64,000 nt of DNA from Felis catus (taxonomy: Eukaryota), in the NCBI RefSeq assembly GCF_018350175.1, contig NC_058382.1, positions 60,142,001 through 60,206,000 on the forward strand, given 5' to 3'. The position numbers and the translations under genes were made by a program. The notes under the pieces were generated by a model. It did no database searches. It saw only the letters and a list, made by a program, of their open reading frames with translations, and was not told the DNA's origin. Shown here one piece after another: positions 61,370-64,000 of the stretch. How positions within the stretch are numbered: the stretch's first letter is position 1; each line of letters starts with the position of its first letter.

Positions 61370-62575
61370 ACCCTACTCACCCCTCCTTCACCTCCTGACG
61401 GCTCCTCACCCTTCACCCCTCCTTCATCTCCCGATGGCTCCTCACCCCTCATCCCTCCTTCTCCTCCTGAATCCTCCTCACCCCTCCTTCACCTCTCGAG
61501 GCCTCTTTACCCCTCACCCCTCCTTCACCTCCCAACAGCTCCTCACCCCTCACCCCTCCTTCTCCTCCTGAATCCTCCTCACCCCTCCTTCACCTCTCGA
61601 GGCCTCCTCACTCGTCACCCTTCCTTCACCTCCCAACGGCTCCTCACCCCTCACCCCTCCTTCTCCTCCTGAATCCTCCTCACCCCTCCTTCACCTCTCG
61701 AGGCCTCTTTACCCCTCACCCCTCCTTCACCTCCCAACAGCTCCTCACCCCTCATCCCTCCTTCTCCTCCTGAATCCTCCTCACCCCTCCTTCACCTCTC
61801 GAGGCCTCCTCACTCGTCACCTCCCAACGGCTCCTCAGTCCTCACCCCTCCTTCACCTCCCGATGGCTCCTCACCCCTCACCCCTCCTTCACCTCCTGAA
61901 GCCTCCTCAGTCCTCACCCCTCCTTCACCTCCCGATGGCTCCTCACCCCTCGTTCACCTCCTGAGGCTTCCTCACCCCTCCTTCACCTCTCGAGGCCTCC
62001 TCACCCCTCACCCCTCCTTCACCTCCTGAGGCCTCCTTACCCCTCACCCCTCCTTCACCTCCCAACGGCTCCTCACCCCTCACCCCTCCTTCACCTCCCA
62101 ACGGCTCCTCACCCCTCACCCCTCCTTCACCTCCCGATGGCTCCTCACCCCTCACCCCTCCTTCACCTCCTGATGGCTCCTCACCCCTCACCCCTCCTTC
62201 ACCCCCTGATGGCTCCCCACCCCTCACCCCTCCTTCACCTCCTGATGGCTCCCCACCCCTCACCACTCTTTCACCTCCCGAGGCCTCCTCACCCCTCCTT
62301 CACCTCCTGACGGCTCCTCACCCCTCACCCCTCCTTCCCCTCCTGAATCCTCCTTACCCCTCCTTCACCTCTTGAGGCCTCTTGACTCCTCACCCCTCAC
62401 CCCTCCTTCACCTCCCAACAGCTCCTCACCCCTCACCCCTCCTTCACCTCCTGATGGCTCCTCACCCCTCACCCCTCCTTCACCCCCTGATGGCTCCCCA
62501 CCCCTCACCACTCCTTCACCTCCTGATGGCTCCCCACCCCTCACCACTCTTTCACCTCCCGAGGCCTCCTTACCC
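61370..62575. repeat. C-rich minisatellite, ~36-bp unit (CCTCACCCCTCCTTCACCTCCYGATGGCTCCTCACC) with 29-bp variants
   Basis: About 1.2 kb of tandem variant units. It translates as (SSPLTPPSPPDG)n or (GGEGGVRGEEPS)n. Confidence 0.97.
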
Positions 62576-64000
62576 CGAGTCCATATGTGCAGCGCACGCT
62601 GTCCGTCTGCTTTGTTCCCTTATACCACGTCTGGGGCTCCAGCCCACTCGGTTGTCATCTGCCAGGAAGGGCTTGAGGCTGGTGACATGGCTGGAGGCAT
62701 TCACTCCTGCGGAGGCTATCGTCGGACAGGATCCATCACGGCCCAGCGCTGGCTGTCCGCAGGGCTGGGGGCCAGTCCCCCCGCCCCTACTTGTCCCCAA
62801 CAGCTAGGACGGCTTTTCCTGATGACGCAGCTGCTCAGCAGAATGCTGGTCTGGTGCCGGGACCTTGAGAGCAAAGGGACACGGATCCGGCCGAGTTGTG
62901 GTCGGCTGAGTAAGGGCCCCCAAGACGTCCACGCCCTGACTGCAAGACCCCAGAAAGTGTGGTTGGCGGGATGTGGTGCACGTGGCTGTGTCGACTGGGG
63001 CCTCCTGCGGCCAGGAGACGCCGACGGGCAGCCCCTGGTCGTCTGCAGCACCCCCCTGCCCCCCTGCCCCCGGCACCCTGCACCCAGCCTCACCCTCACC
63101 CTCGGGCACAGACGTCCTCCTCATTCTCTGGTTTTCGTTTCACGGACTCTAATAGCGGCAGTAAAGCCAAGCATTCCCAAGGTGCGCGGACGTCCCGGGG
63201 CCCCGGGGTGACGCGGGCCACGGCGTGAGGCCGTGTCCCCGGCGGGCCCCGCACGCGGCTGGGTGGAAAACAGGTTGGGAGCCGGCGGGGGGTGGAGGCC
63301 CCGTCTCCCTGCAGGTCGGTGCCGCGCGCCCCTCCCGCCCCCCTCCAGCTGGGTCTCCGGGCCGGGGAGGGCTCGTCTGTGCCGAGCCAAGAGCAGAACC
63401 ACACAGACCGGAGGTTGTGTGAGATCCCGAGTCCCTTCGGGAAGGACTGTGGACGGCTGGTCGCAGGCGCCGGAAGGCTTGTCGGTAGGGAAGCGGTTGA
63501 CCAGAATCTGCCTGAGGTCGGGGACTGCGAGCTGACTCCGGGTCCCTCAGGAGACCCTGTGTGCCAAGACGGCTCCAGCGGGCTCTCCTGGAGGGTGGAC
63601 AGCCCTGGATTGCTGCCACAAAGACCCCTGTGGACACCCATCAGCTGCGCGGCCTCCTGGGCAAGTGGATGTTCTCTGCCAGCCTCAATCTCCCCACCCG
63701 CAAAGGGGACGATGCCCCCTGGGTCCTGGGGCCAGAGGGGTCCACTCTAAAGGACAGCTACAGAGGCCTTGTCCGGCATCCCTTGAGAGCCGAGAGCTGG
63801 TTTCCCACCCGCAGTGGAACGAATCCACTTTCTAGTTAACCCTCTCAGGCGGAAGCAGACTTGTTGTTCCGGAAAAAACCTGAAGCTCGCGCCCTTATTT
63901 TCTTGTCAGTTTCATTTGGCAGCTTCCTCAACCACACAGCGTCCTGGGTTTCCTGTCAGAGGGTTGACGGTGCAGATAAGTAAACCGTGCCTCCCTGGCA

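Noticed and set aside
62372..63211. Proline-rich extensin-like 279-aa ORF
   Set aside because: It arises from the 36-bp (multiple-of-3) minisatellite. It starts at TTG and has no gene context.

Overview
This is mammalian genomic DNA, almost certainly felid, because it carries many tRNA-derived Can-SINEs of the SINEC_Fc type. It is very GC- and CpG-rich. The first ~18.9 kb is the 3' end of BANP (BTG3-associated nuclear protein / SMAR1) on the + strand: part of a long intron, a 144-nt coding exon (14196-14339), the terminal coding exon (18251-18322), the 3' UTR and an AATAAA signal (18868-18873). The remaining ~45 kb is intergenic. It holds nested ancient LINE-1 relics, MLT1 (ERVL-MaLR) LTRs, MER20, MIR/L2, SINEs, microsatellites, a ~470-bp polypyrimidine tract and a ~1.2-kb minisatellite with higher-order structure. 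Nearly all ORFs in the six-frame track are GC-content noise. I found no convincing new protein-coding or multi-gene system. The best leads are: an MLT1 LTR resembling a human BANP alternative exon and ending in a short telomeric-repeat tract, non-repetitive AT-rich islands that may be enhancers, inverted intronic SINEs, apparent AT-to-GC remodelling of old repeats, and the 101-bp higher-order minisatellite. Repeat family names and protein comparisons come from recalled consensus sequences, not from a database run.
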